The notes beneath the pieces are model-generated. The model was not told the DNA's origin. It saw only the letters and a program-made list of their open reading frames with translations, and did not search any database. A program made the position numbers and the translations under genes. This document shows, piece after piece, positions 9,826 to 18,737 of a DNA stretch of 64,000 bases (positions within the stretch are counted from its first letter, which is position 1; each line of letters opens with the position of its first letter). The stretch lies in the sequence record NC_048173.1; one strand, given 5' to 3'.

Positions 9826-9869
9826 CCCAGACTCCCTAACGGGGTCTGGGTTTCTTTTTTTCTTTTTTT
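9826..9869 (+). terminator. Intrinsic terminator (CCCAGACTCC/GGGGTCTGGG + T tract)
   Basis: 10-bp stem, long T run. Confidence 0.85.
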
Positions 9870-9890
9870 ACGCTTGGCTGGTTTAATGTG
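9864..9890 (+). promoter_or_regulatory. Candidate middle promoter TTTTTTAC-N15-TGTG
   Basis: 27 nt upstream of ATG 9918; shares the terminator T tract. Confidence 0.5.
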
Positions 9891-9917
9891 TCGAATAAAC
9901 CTAACCGCGGTGTCATC

Positions 9918-10412
9918 ATGAAATTAAAAACGATTTACAACTTCTTAAAGCTGGACACATTCTCAGGCACCGTGATTAAAACGGGCACCACTAACTTACA
10001 TCATCGTGACGATCCGCATCTGGAAATCGTTTCGCTTGACATCACGATTCAATCCGACTCCGACCCCGAAGCGCACTTTATCTACCACATGGGGATTCTG
10101 GAGTTCATGCACTCGATTAAAGAGCATAGCGTGGCGGTGGGTGACCACATCACCATACGCAAATACCCGCTGCAAACCATTTACGGTGTGAAGCGTTTCG
10201 AATCAAAAGCGAAGATGTCTGAGAATGAGAAACTTGCGGTAAACTGGCTGGTAGACCATGGCATTAAAGAACTGCAGCGAAAGTCAAAGCTACTCCGCAT
10301 GCGCTCTGGCGGTGATGATATCACCGCGATGCAACTGGAAACCCATGCGCTGCGTGCCATCCTAATTAAGTCCCGACTGATGGAGAGAAAAAATGAACCG
10401 ACCACGTGCTAG
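9918..10412 (+). CDS. Hypothetical protein
   Basis: First ATG downstream of the predicted promoter. Confidence 0.7.
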   Translation: MKLKTIYNFLKLDTFSGTVIKTGTTNLHHRDDPHLEIVSLDITIQSDSDPEAHFIYHMGILEFMHSIKEHSVAVGDHITIRKYPLQTIYGVKRFESKAKMSENEKLAVNWLVDHGIKELQRKSKLLRMRSGGDDITAMQLETHALRAILIKSRLMERKNEPTTC

Positions 10413-11022
10413 TACCGAATATGGGGTCATTACCTCTATGCTGATCGACTGTATTGATGAACCGGTACTGGTACTCAATATTCAGCATGTTGACAACGTG
10501 GAGGAAAGCACGACCCATCGGGTTCGTTTTAATGACCTGCGTACGCTTAAACGTATTCCGGGTATCGGCGATAAAGTCTCTATGACTAAATTCACGGGTA
10601 CGTTTGAAGCGAGCCTTGAACCGGCGATTGTCAACCTGACCGATGAAAGTCCGGGTGGTTACGGGGCAACGGCCATGGTGTGGATTTGGCTGGGTGCGCT
10701 TGAGCTTTCCCTGCGCCGGAAACTGCGCGAGACGGTTGCGATGGGTGTTATCAATAAACAAACCGAACTGTGGACGCGGGAACTCGGTGCGTTACTTGAT
10801 TGGCAACTGGGTAAAGGACTCACGTCTTACTTCGGCCGTTTAGAGCCGGGTGATGTTGGTTGCGTTGACCAGCTCTATTACGCTGAAAAGACCACCATCC
10901 ATCATCGTGGTTGGAACAGGCAGGGTGAAACCAAAGAGCTGCAAGATAGAAAGATTGACGACACCGGCGTTTATTTCATCACACGTAATAATCTGTGCTG
11001 GCCGCTGTTAGTAAAATGTTAA
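10393..11022 (+). CDS. Hypothetical protein
   Basis: 209 aa, GGAG RBS. Confidence 0.75.
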   Translation: MNRPRASTEYGVITSMLIDCIDEPVLVLNIQHVDNVEESTTHRVRFNDLRTLKRIPGIGDKVSMTKFTGTFEASLEPAIVNLTDESPGGYGATAMVWIWLGALELSLRRKLRETVAMGVINKQTELWTRELGALLDWQLGKGLTSYFGRLEPGDVGCVDQLYYAEKTTIHHRGWNRQGETKELQDRKIDDTGVYFITRNNLCWPLLVKC

Positions 11023-11042
11023 AAGGGCTTCGGCCCTTTTTT
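11021..11042 (+). terminator. Intrinsic terminator (AAAAGGGC-TTCG-GCCCTTTT)
   Basis: Perfect hairpin and T run. Confidence 0.85.
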
Positions 11043-11063
11043 ACGATTGAGCCCCTTAGTTTA
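11037..11063 (+). promoter_or_regulatory. Candidate middle promoter TTTTTTAC-N15-TTTA
   Basis: 28 nt upstream of DNA polymerase ATG. Confidence 0.45.
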
Positions 11064-11091
11064 GAGGCTGTAAAAAGATTAGAGGGTCTAC

Positions 11092-13293
11092 ATGTCTATT
11101 GATTACGAATCACCATTCCGTTTAGACAAGGAAGAGTACGACCGCGATATCGACGTTGTCGATGCGTACTTCGAACAAATTAGTCACTACATCGACAACC
11201 AAACTGGGCATGAGTATGATATTGAAACCATTCGCTTTAACGTCAATGAGATGTTTAAAGATGGTGGTGAGTTAGAACACAAGTTTCCAAACGTTCGCAT
11301 GTTCGTTCGTAACCAGAAGACCGGTGACCGCGAAGAGAAGTTCGTTACAATTGATAAACTCTTCAAAACGGTTATTGCGAAAGAACTGATTAGCGCACCA
11401 TCTTTAACCTTCTACCTACCTGAAACCGTTAAACGCTCCAAGCTCTCTGAGTTCATGGAACAGAACGTGGCGAAGCGTGCGGTAATCAAAGGGGAAATGT
11501 TTGCCGCGAAGGCAGCGGGTAATGCGGTACTGCACATCAACAAAAAGAACGAGCAGAACGCCGTTAAAACCCTGAACAACGGTTCGTCCGGTGCATTCAG
11601 TTCACCGTACACCATTCTGTACAACCAGTCGTCACACTCGGTATTGACGTCAACCTGCCGTACTGCAACTTCGTTTGCAAACGCAGCCAACGAACGTCTG
11701 TTGGGTGGTCGTCGTCATTACGACACCCCGAACCGTGTTATCGACCACTTCCTGTCTATCGGTACCCTCACTGACTTCCGTGAGTTCGGTCAGATTGTGG
11801 AAGAGTTTAATCTGCACATTCCAACCGTTGATGAAACGATGGAAGTTATCCATTACTCGTCTAACGATTACTGGATTAACCCAGAAGCAGATAAGAAAAT
11901 CCGCCAGTACGTTGAGAACACTCCGGGTCTGGAACGTGCGGCATTGGTTTACATGGGTGACCTGTTCCATCTGGCCAAGTTTAACGACGGTATGATGCGT
12001 GACTTCTTCACAGCACTGATTAGCAAAGCAGTGTTTGAAGAAGAAGTGACCGATTGGGATGCAGCACTGAAGACCATTGACGGCGACATGAAAATTGTTC
12101 TGTCTCAGTTCCGTACGGACGTGGTACCAGTCGGCAAGTCCTTCGGGGACGTGCGCAAGAAAGATGAAAACACCGACAAGTGGCTGCCGTGGGATCAACA
12201 AGACGAATTCAAACAACTGATTCGTACTGGTTTGTTCCTGCAGAAAACTATCGGGAAGTATTCGAAGTTCATTAAGGTTCTGTTGACCAACAAGAACCTG
12301 CCTGTCAATATTGCGCGTATGCCGGACGTGGTACGTAAAGTGGGTGTGGTATCCGATACCGACTCCACGATGATGACAGCACAGTGGTGGGCTACATGGT
12401 ATACGGGAACCTACTTCGGTGAAGAGGCCACTCGTGTGTCCGACATGATTATCTATTTGGCAACGCAGCACATGCGTCACCTTATGGCCAGCATGTCCAA
12501 GAATATGGGCGTTCACACCGACCGTATCTTCTTGTATGCAGCGAAGAACGAATTCAAATTCGACTCCTTTGCATTGACCACCAAAGCCAAGCACTACTTC
12601 TCATTAATTACCGCTCAGGAAGGGCAGTTGCTGGAAGACCCAGAGCTGGAAGTGAAAGGCGTGTCTTTACGTACCTCGAACATTCCGCCGGTTGTAATGA
12701 ATGAGTTTAAGAAAACCATTAAGCAGTTCTGTAAGACGGTGGCCTCAGGCGAACAGATTGAAATCTTGCCTGTCTTGCACCGCGTTGCAGAAATCGAACA
12801 CGAGGTGGCCAGTACCGTTAAAGCCGGCCGGTCAGATTACCTCAAAACCACCAACATCAAAGACCGCAGTGCGTATGCGGACGATGATGAAAAGAACTAC
12901 CACTACCACCGCATGTACAACACCATCTTCGGGCCGAAGTATGGTTACATCGATGAGCCGCCGTACGAAGCTGTACGTTTACCGGTCAACCTCGAGAACA
13001 AAACCCAAATCGCTGATTGGTTAGCTTCAATTGAAGACCCTATCATCAAAGCGGGTGCGGAGAAGTGGTTTGAAGAAAACCCGAAACGTAAATACACCAC
13101 ACTGATGCTGCCAGACTATCTGGTGAGTAACTACGGGATTCCGGCTGACCTGGTCAAGGCAGCGAACTCACGTCGTACTGCCTTTGCTACCGTGGAGCCG
13201 TACTATCATGTACTGGAGTGCTTGGGTGTGTTTATGATTGACGAAGATCGTACCCGTCTGTTAAGTGACTACTACGGGGAGCTGATCGATTAA
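11092..13293 (+). CDS. polB: Family B DNA polymerase, catalytic subunit of the split phiKZ-type enzyme (phiKZ gp50-like)
   Basis: Motif B QNAVKTLNNGSSG, motif C VSDTDS, KAKHYF; no exonuclease motifs or motif A. Confidence 0.9.
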   Translation: MSIDYESPFRLDKEEYDRDIDVVDAYFEQISHYIDNQTGHEYDIETIRFNVNEMFKDGGELEHKFPNVRMFVRNQKTGDREEKFVTIDKLFKTVIAKELISAPSLTFYLPETVKRSKLSEFMEQNVAKRAVIKGEMFAAKAAGNAVLHINKKNEQNAVKTLNNGSSGAFSSPYTILYNQSSHSVLTSTCRTATSFANAANERLLGGRRHYDTPNRVIDHFLSIGTLTDFREFGQIVEEFNLHIPTVDETMEVIHYSSNDYWINPEADKKIRQYVENTPGLERAALVYMGDLFHLAKFNDGMMRDFFTALISKAVFEEEVTDWDAALKTIDGDMKIVLSQFRTDVVPVGKSFGDVRKKDENTDKWLPWDQQDEFKQLIRTGLFLQKTIGKYSKFIKVLLTNKNLPVNIARMPDVVRKVGVVSDTDSTMMTAQWWATWYTGTYFGEEATRVSDMIIYLATQHMRHLMASMSKNMGVHTDRIFLYAAKNEFKFDSFALTTKAKHYFSLITAQEGQLLEDPELEVKGVSLRTSNIPPVVMNEFKKTIKQFCKTVASGEQIEILPVLHRVAEIEHEVASTVKAGRSDYLKTTNIKDRSAYADDDEKNYHYHRMYNTIFGPKYGYIDEPPYEAVRLPVNLENKTQIADWLASIEDPIIKAGAEKWFEENPKRKYTTLMLPDYLVSNYGIPADLVKAANSRRTAFATVEPYYHVLECLGVFMIDEDRTRLLSDYYGELID

Positions 13294-13301
13294 GGAACAA
13301 T

Positions 13302-13661
13302 ATGGAAAAGTATTACTTCTGCAAAGATGTGGATGCAGCGGCGCCTGAATTGGCGTCTGTCGCTTATCCTACACCTGAAGCAGCAATCCTGAACTACCTG
13401 CTTTACGGACACCCGACAGTGAAGCACATGTGCAAGCTGACACGGCCAGTGTATAGCGACAAAGCTCCTTACCAACTGACGACCAGTCGTCCGAAGGAAC
13501 TCGTGTCGTTGTTCGTCTGTGAAACGGATATCCGTATTTCTGATGACGGAGGGAGAACGATTTACGGTGATGATAATACGGCAATCAAAACGATTACCGA
13601 TTGTCCGATTCGTGACTTGTGTGAAGCGTATCGCATCCCACTGATTATCGAAAGACATTAA
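13302..13661 (+). CDS. Hypothetical protein
   Basis: 119 aa, AAGGA RBS. Confidence 0.7.
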   Translation: MEKYYFCKDVDAAAPELASVAYPTPEAAILNYLLYGHPTVKHMCKLTRPVYSDKAPYQLTTSRPKELVSLFVCETDIRISDDGGRTIYGDDNTAIKTITDCPIRDLCEAYRIPLIIERH

Positions 13662-13668
13662 AAAGGTA

Positions 13669-13701
13669 CCCTATCCCGGTTTTCTGGGATAGGGATTTTT
13701 T
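13669..13701 (+). terminator. Intrinsic terminator (CCCTATCCCGG-TTTT-CTGGGATAGGG)
   Basis: 11-bp stem, T run. Confidence 0.8.
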
Positions 13702-13713
13702 AGACAAACCCGC

Positions 13714-13809
13714 ATGATTCCTCGAAAGTGGTTTTTTGGAGTGATCGTTTTATCTCTTATTATATGCAACTTCCCTTCACGGGGGAGGGGCCTACGGGGG
13801 AGGGGGTAA
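13714..13809 (+). CDS. Possible 31-aa membrane peptide MIPRKWFFGVIVLSLIICNFPSRGRGLRGRG
   Basis: Translated by hand; hydrophobic core and RG tail; no clear RBS. Confidence 0.25.
   Translation: MIPRKWFFGVIVLSLIICNFPSRGRGLRGRG
13779..13806 (+). repeat. ACGGGGGAGGGG direct repeat x2 forming a G5-A-G4-CCTAC-G5-A-G5 quadruplex motif
   Basis: Read directly. Confidence 0.8.
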
Positions 13810-14017
13810 TATGTATATATATGGGGATAATTAGGTAGTAGTAAATTAGATCTATTAATTTAATAAATATTTAGGTTATTAACTTAGTAGATCAGATCCC
13901 AAGTAACTAGATCGATCTAAAAACTTAAAAAAGAAAAGATACCTACCTACCCCAGAAGGGTAGGTAGGGTAGCTATGATCCGATCACTTTATTTAACTTA
14001 CTAAAGACATTCTGATC
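13807..14017. other. AT-rich GATC-cluster island, candidate replication origin
   Basis: 8 GATC in 13849-14017; GATCTATTAATTT 13-mer; very AT-rich. Confidence 0.45.
13928..13973. terminator. CCTACCTACCC/GGGTAGGTAGG hairpin, likely terminator for the minus-strand gene
   Basis: 11-bp stem with an A tract on its left (T tract on minus strand). Confidence 0.75.
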
Positions 14018-15034
14018 CAAGGTAAGTCTTACCGAAGGAGGGAGACGTTCAGTGAACCGTAACTGGAAGAAGTTCCTCAGTTCTCGAACGAGTGTCGGGT
14101 AGTAGCGAGCCATTACCGGGTTGTCGTATTGCACCACATACGCCATAAAGTTCAGGTTCACCAGTTGGTAGAACCAGCGCTGTTGGTTAGTCTGGGAATA
14201 CGATTCGTCAGCGAGTAACCCCAATGCACTGCCTTTGCCATTGAAGTACATCAACAGGTGGTTCATGACGACTCCGGGTAGCGGGTTCCCTTCCTTTAAC
14301 CGTTGGGCGATAATCCGCACATTACGGTCAACGTGTGGGGAGAGCATCGGAATGGGGTAGTCGTTGAACGGGTCATCCTTTTCGATTTCCTGTTCATTGG
14401 CAAAGAAGCGGTGTCGGTTGAATACCGCCAAGTCCATGTAGGATGGCAGCATTCGATAAACAACATACCGATAAAGATATGTATAGAGGTTAATGCCTCC
14501 GTGCTCCTTGTTCCGCTGGTAGTATTTGTAGGCTTGGAAGTATTGCCAGACAAGTGCTACGATATTGATTTCGATATAGCTGATTCCGCGCCCACCGTTC
14601 TTCGTACCCATCTGCCAGTTCAGGTTGGTATAGTCGTGGTAGAGGTAACGAACCGGCTGTAGTTCTCGCCATGGGGTATTGGGGTCGATTGGTTGAATCG
14701 ATAAAGCAATCAACTCCGCTTGCCCTTGTATAAACTCCCCCACGTGAATTTCACCGGGGTGACCGGGAGAGACTAAACGCATGGCGTTGCCGATACTGAT
14801 GAACTTGCGTCGGCATGCCCAATAAATGTCGTCGTACTTCGCGTCGGGTGCGAACCCAATGGTGGCAAGTATCTTGGCCAGTAAGTGGTCGGAATCCACA
14901 CGGGTCTGCATCATCTCGACGCGGTTACGAATACGTCTCTGATTATTTTTTACAACAGATGCAATAGTTATGGACGTAGGGTCTACGTTGCGGGACTTTA
15001 TGATGCTCTGCTGGATATCCGCACTACTGAACAT
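13973..15034 (-). CDS. Conserved Chimalliviridae protein (phiKZ gp52 position), probably virion-associated
   Basis: 353 aa, GAGGAG RBS, TATG upstream; lies between DNA pol and chimallin as in phiKZ-like phages. Confidence 0.6.
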   Translation of the reverse strand: MFSSADIQQSIIKSRNVDPTSITIASVVKNNQRRIRNRVEMMQTRVDSDHLLAKILATIGFAPDAKYDDIYWACRRKFISIGNAMRLVSPGHPGEIHVGEFIQGQAELIALSIQPIDPNTPWRELQPVRYLYHDYTNLNWQMGTKNGGRGISYIEINIVALVWQYFQAYKYYQRNKEHGGINLYTYLYRYVVYRMLPSYMDLAVFNRHRFFANEQEIEKDDPFNDYPIPMLSPHVDRNVRIIAQRLKEGNPLPGVVMNHLLMYFNGKGSALGLLADESYSQTNQQRWFYQLVNLNFMAYVVQYDNPVMARYYPTLVRELRNFFQLRFTERLPPSVRLTLDQNVFSKLNKVIGS

Positions 15035-15057
15035 GATGATATCTCCTCAAGGGTGGT

Positions 15058-15061
15058 CATA
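15058..15061 (-). promoter_or_regulatory. Candidate late promoter core TATG
   Basis: 23 nt upstream of the 15034 start. Confidence 0.4.
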
Positions 15062-15081
15062 CTATCGCACGGCGACACTCT

Positions 15082-15110
15082 AAAATTTTACAGATAGATT
15101 TTATTCTATT
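15082..15110 (+). promoter_or_regulatory. Candidate middle promoter AAAATTTTAC-N15-TATT for chimallin
   Basis: Matches phiKZ middle consensus AAanntTAC. Confidence 0.5.
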
Positions 15111-15238
15111 GAACCAGAGCGCTTAAAACCGTTCTACATGTTTGGGTAATGTTATTGAAAGATTATTCAAACATATTTTATTCTCATGAGTTAACTCAAA
15201 GTAAATCATTCAATCTCTATAAATAGGAAATAAATACC

Positions 15239-17026
15239 ATGGTAGAATTTCACGACGAAAAGAAAAACGCTAACACTTCCTCTGCAGACAATAACGCTGC
15301 AACGGGCAACGTGTCTGGCTTCTCTGTTGGCACCGCTAACGAGATGAACATGGCCTTTGAGTGGAGCTCTGTAAACTCGCAGGCTGGCAAGTTCGTAGAA
15401 GTGATTAAAGAAGCCGCCAAAGAAAACCAGTATCTGGCGAACTTCCAGGTCGGTACCGTTGATGCGGTAACTGGCGAATTCGGTTCTGCGGCATACGTCG
15501 CTGGTGAACTGCGTGGCATCCCGCTGTTCGGTATCGTGTTCTTCGAGAAGGGCCTGTCCCTGCGTCTGGTGGTAAACAATAATCAGGAAGATTACTACTC
15601 TATCGCTTCCCTGATTAACAAAGACGTTATCGCCACTGTTGCGAAAACGCTGAAAACTACCCACAGCCTGTCTCAGGACCCGCGCTTCATCAGCATCAAC
15701 ACCATCCCTGATCTGGACCTGGCTCTGACCCGTGAGCGTGCTCTGTCCATCATGGGCCAGATGATGACCAGCATCTTCGGTCGTGCTTCCGGTATTCTGG
15801 GCAAACTCGTCATCACCAAAAATGACAAGTTCATCGCTCAGGTTGGCGGCATCGGCGAAGGCGCGGTTCTGGATGTGAACGGTCACGCACAACGTGCTGA
15901 CTTCGGCATCAAACTGTCTCACGTTCCGCTGCAGCAGAACACTACCCCGACTCTGATGTCAGGTACCAATGCTCAGCAGTACCCGAACTGTGCGGCTGCT
16001 GGTTACGCTAACCTGCGCTACACCGGTCTGGTGAAGAACGCAGACGGCAGCATCAAAGACATGCGTCAGATTTCCCCGGAGCTGGTTATCAGCCTGATGG
16101 ACTCCTCTACGCTGACTGCGAACGCACCGTTTGAGCGTCAGATTCTGATGCTGGCAGTGGCTGCGAAAACTGCAGCAATGGGTGGCTGGATGGACTTCAT
16201 CAAGAACTCCCTGGACGGTAAGACGCGTAAAATCTCTGCACTGGCTCAGAACGTGAACTGGGGCAAAGACGTGTCTAACACCGACTGGAAAGCGATGGAC
16301 AAATCCGTCGAAGCAGCTGAGCGCTTCCTGCGTGAGTTCTGCTACGAAACCGCTGGTCTGGTAGTTGAGCACCGTGCAGGTAACGGCATCGGTGGTCTGA
16401 TTGGTCTGATTGCAGAAGTTGCACAGAACAAGCAGCACGCGCTGGAAACTCTGCTGGCTCTGCTGGACAACATGTTCCCGGTTGTTGAAGGTAACAAGTT
16501 CTCCGACGGCCTGCGTATTGCGTTCGGTGGCCCGACTGTAACTCTGTCTGCATCCCACATCGTCTCCGGTGTTGTACCGACCGTGGCAGGTGTGTACCGT
16601 GGTTCTAACGGCATGCGTTCATACTCCGATATGGACCTGCTGCGCACTACCACTGCGCTGGGCGACGACCGTGCTGAAGTGCTGAAATACTTCCGTGCTC
16701 AGTCGTACAAACATCGTAACATGCAGCCTAAGCAGCAGCGTATCTACCTGGCTCAGCTGGCTAACAGCCTGTTCTCTGGCAACGATCCGATTCCGACCGG
16801 TGAAGGTGTTCAGATTTCCATCAACACCACCTTCGCGAAGTTCCTGTACGAAGCGGTTGATGCGTGTGGCCTGCTGCAGCTGACCGGTGTGAACGCAATG
16901 TCTGTTGCGGATTCCGTACCGTTCTACAACAACACTGGCGACCTGTTCGTAATGTCTGGTGTTGGTGGCGTGTCTACCAACAACGCGTTCGACTTCGCTC
17001 AGCAGTCTGGCTATTTCAACATGTAA
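15239..17026 (+). CDS. chmA: Chimallin, major phage nuclear shell protein
   Basis: 595 aa; segments DVNGHAQRADFGIKLS and AAAGYANLRY resemble chimallin; aromatic C-terminal tail; sits directly upstream of nvRNAP beta'; strong codon bias. Confidence 0.85.
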   Translation: MVEFHDEKKNANTSSADNNAATGNVSGFSVGTANEMNMAFEWSSVNSQAGKFVEVIKEAAKENQYLANFQVGTVDAVTGEFGSAAYVAGELRGIPLFGIVFFEKGLSLRLVVNNNQEDYYSIASLINKDVIATVAKTLKTTHSLSQDPRFISINTIPDLDLALTRERALSIMGQMMTSIFGRASGILGKLVITKNDKFIAQVGGIGEGAVLDVNGHAQRADFGIKLSHVPLQQNTTPTLMSGTNAQQYPNCAAAGYANLRYTGLVKNADGSIKDMRQISPELVISLMDSSTLTANAPFERQILMLAVAAKTAAMGGWMDFIKNSLDGKTRKISALAQNVNWGKDVSNTDWKAMDKSVEAAERFLREFCYETAGLVVEHRAGNGIGGLIGLIAEVAQNKQHALETLLALLDNMFPVVEGNKFSDGLRIAFGGPTVTLSASHIVSGVVPTVAGVYRGSNGMRSYSDMDLLRTTTALGDDRAEVLKYFRAQSYKHRNMQPKQQRIYLAQLANSLFSGNDPIPTGEGVQISINTTFAKFLYEAVDACGLLQLTGVNAMSVADSVPFYNNTGDLFVMSGVGGVSTNNAFDFAQQSGYFNM

Positions 17027-17047
17027 TAACCGACTGTGATTAAAGAC

Positions 17048-17074
17048 GGGAGAGGATAAAACCTCTCCCCCTTT
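17048..17074 (+). terminator. Hairpin GGGAGAGG/CCTCTCCC + short T run after chmA
   Basis: 8-bp stem; weak T tract may allow readthrough into RNAP. Confidence 0.65.
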
Positions 17075-17104
17075 TCATCTGCTATTTTTTTCGTTGGAGT
17101 AAGA

Positions 17105-18727
17105 ATGAGTGAGCAAACTGCTGAATACTACGGTATTTCAGGCGAGATAGAAAACCTCGACAATTACTACTTCCAGTTAATGCTGGAGTCGCGTGCAAAG
17201 GGAATTAAACCGCCCGTAGTTATCAACGACATTGCACGTGAGTTCGACAGTAGCGTCGTCACGGAACACATTGACGCGTTATTGCAGAACCGTATTGTCA
17301 ATGAGAAGTTGAACAACACGCCGATTTGCAGCATTCATTGTGAGCACCCAACCGCGCACCGTTATAACCTTGGGAATAAATGCCCAAGCTGCGGTTTCGT
17401 GGTCACGGAAAACCGACTCGAGTCGGAAGTGTGGCTGCAAGCGCCGACCGAAATGCAAGCGTTCATTAATCCGCGTTTCTGGTTATTGTTTAATGCGAAC
17501 TTTGGCGGCCTGACGCAGCTGAAGAAGTTCGAACGTGCCAACTATACGTTGGAGCGTGGTGCAGACTTGATGATGTGGTTAATTGACCCGCATTATAAGC
17601 TGCCCGACCAAGTCCCATCCCGGATGCAGTCTGCTATCGCGGTACTGGAAGAGAACTGCTATGTCCGTGGGATGGAAAACTTCTACGAACACCATGGTCG
17701 TGTATTTGAAATTCTGGTTAAGAAAGAGAACTGGGATAAAATCATGAACGTGGGTAGAAATACCAACGGTGAACCGGAACGTGATCGTGAGCGCTGGATT
17801 AAGTTCTTTGCTGAACAGGCAGGGGCGATATTCTCCAGACACTTACCGATTATCACGTCCAAGTTTATCGTGGCGGAAGAGACACAGCGTGGGCTGAGCG
17901 TTGACCCGGTATTTGTGGGTGCGATTGATGCGGTGAAAACCATTGCGTCTATCTATACCCGTCAGACACCGCTCGATGTTCGTTTCCTGTTGGGACGTGC
18001 GATTAAAGCCAACCGCCAGCTGGCGTATTTCTACAATGACCTGCGCAAAGAAACACTGTCGCAGAAAACGGGGGTCTACCGTTCGAAAGTCAGTTCGACC
18101 TTTATTCCGTTTGGTGGACGTGCAACAATTTCACCTATCTCCGAGCCGCACAGCACTTGGGACTTGCATGCACCTTGGCGCTGGATGGTAAACTTGATGT
18201 CCATTGACATCGAGAATAAACTGATGAGTCGTGGGTATACTGCTCGTGAGTGCGAAACGCGAATCGCATTTGCATGTATGCAATACGACCGTGAGATTGA
18301 TGAGATTCTGGACGAACTCATTGCGGAATCGCCGGGTGGCAAAGGTATCATGGTTGTGATGCTGCGTAACCCGACGCTGGTACAGCTGTCCGTCGAAACC
18401 TTCTGGATTACCAAAGTCATCAAAGATGTGAATCAGTGTTCGATTCGTATCTCTGTACGCGCCATCAAGATGATGAACGCCGACTTCGATGGTGACCAGT
18501 TGATGGTGTGGCGTCCAGTGGATAAACGCGAAATGGATTTGGCAATGGGTTACCGTCCGGACAATGGTTTCATGTCTGCGACAAACGTAGATGAAGTTGC
18601 CCACGGGATGGTCTTGCACAATGAGGTCATCAGCATGCAGAACAACTTCCTTGCTGATGAGGAAGAAGACACTGCAATGGGCACACCGCTCGACGCCGTA
18701 TTATTAGAAGCTCTGGCTAACCACTGA
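17105..18727 (+). CDS. rpoC: Non-virion RNA polymerase beta' N-terminal (catalytic) subunit
   Basis: NADFDGD catalytic motif; N-terminal Zn ligands CSIHCEH...CPSC. Confidence 0.93.
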   Translation: MSEQTAEYYGISGEIENLDNYYFQLMLESRAKGIKPPVVINDIAREFDSSVVTEHIDALLQNRIVNEKLNNTPICSIHCEHPTAHRYNLGNKCPSCGFVVTENRLESEVWLQAPTEMQAFINPRFWLLFNANFGGLTQLKKFERANYTLERGADLMMWLIDPHYKLPDQVPSRMQSAIAVLEENCYVRGMENFYEHHGRVFEILVKKENWDKIMNVGRNTNGEPERDRERWIKFFAEQAGAIFSRHLPIITSKFIVAEETQRGLSVDPVFVGAIDAVKTIASIYTRQTPLDVRFLLGRAIKANRQLAYFYNDLRKETLSQKTGVYRSKVSSTFIPFGGRATISPISEPHSTWDLHAPWRWMVNLMSIDIENKLMSRGYTARECETRIAFACMQYDREIDEILDELIAESPGGKGIMVVMLRNPTLVQLSVETFWITKVIKDVNQCSIRISVRAIKMMNADFDGDQLMVWRPVDKREMDLAMGYRPDNGFMSATNVDEVAHGMVLHNEVISMQNNFLADEEEDTAMGTPLDAVLLEALANH

Positions 18728-18737
18728 GGAGTATTAC

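Noticed and set aside
11650-12594. 314-aa minus-strand ORF in DNA polymerase
   Set aside because: Antisense shadow; no independent signals.
15206-16558. Minus-strand ORFs within chmA
   Set aside because: Shadows of strong codon bias.
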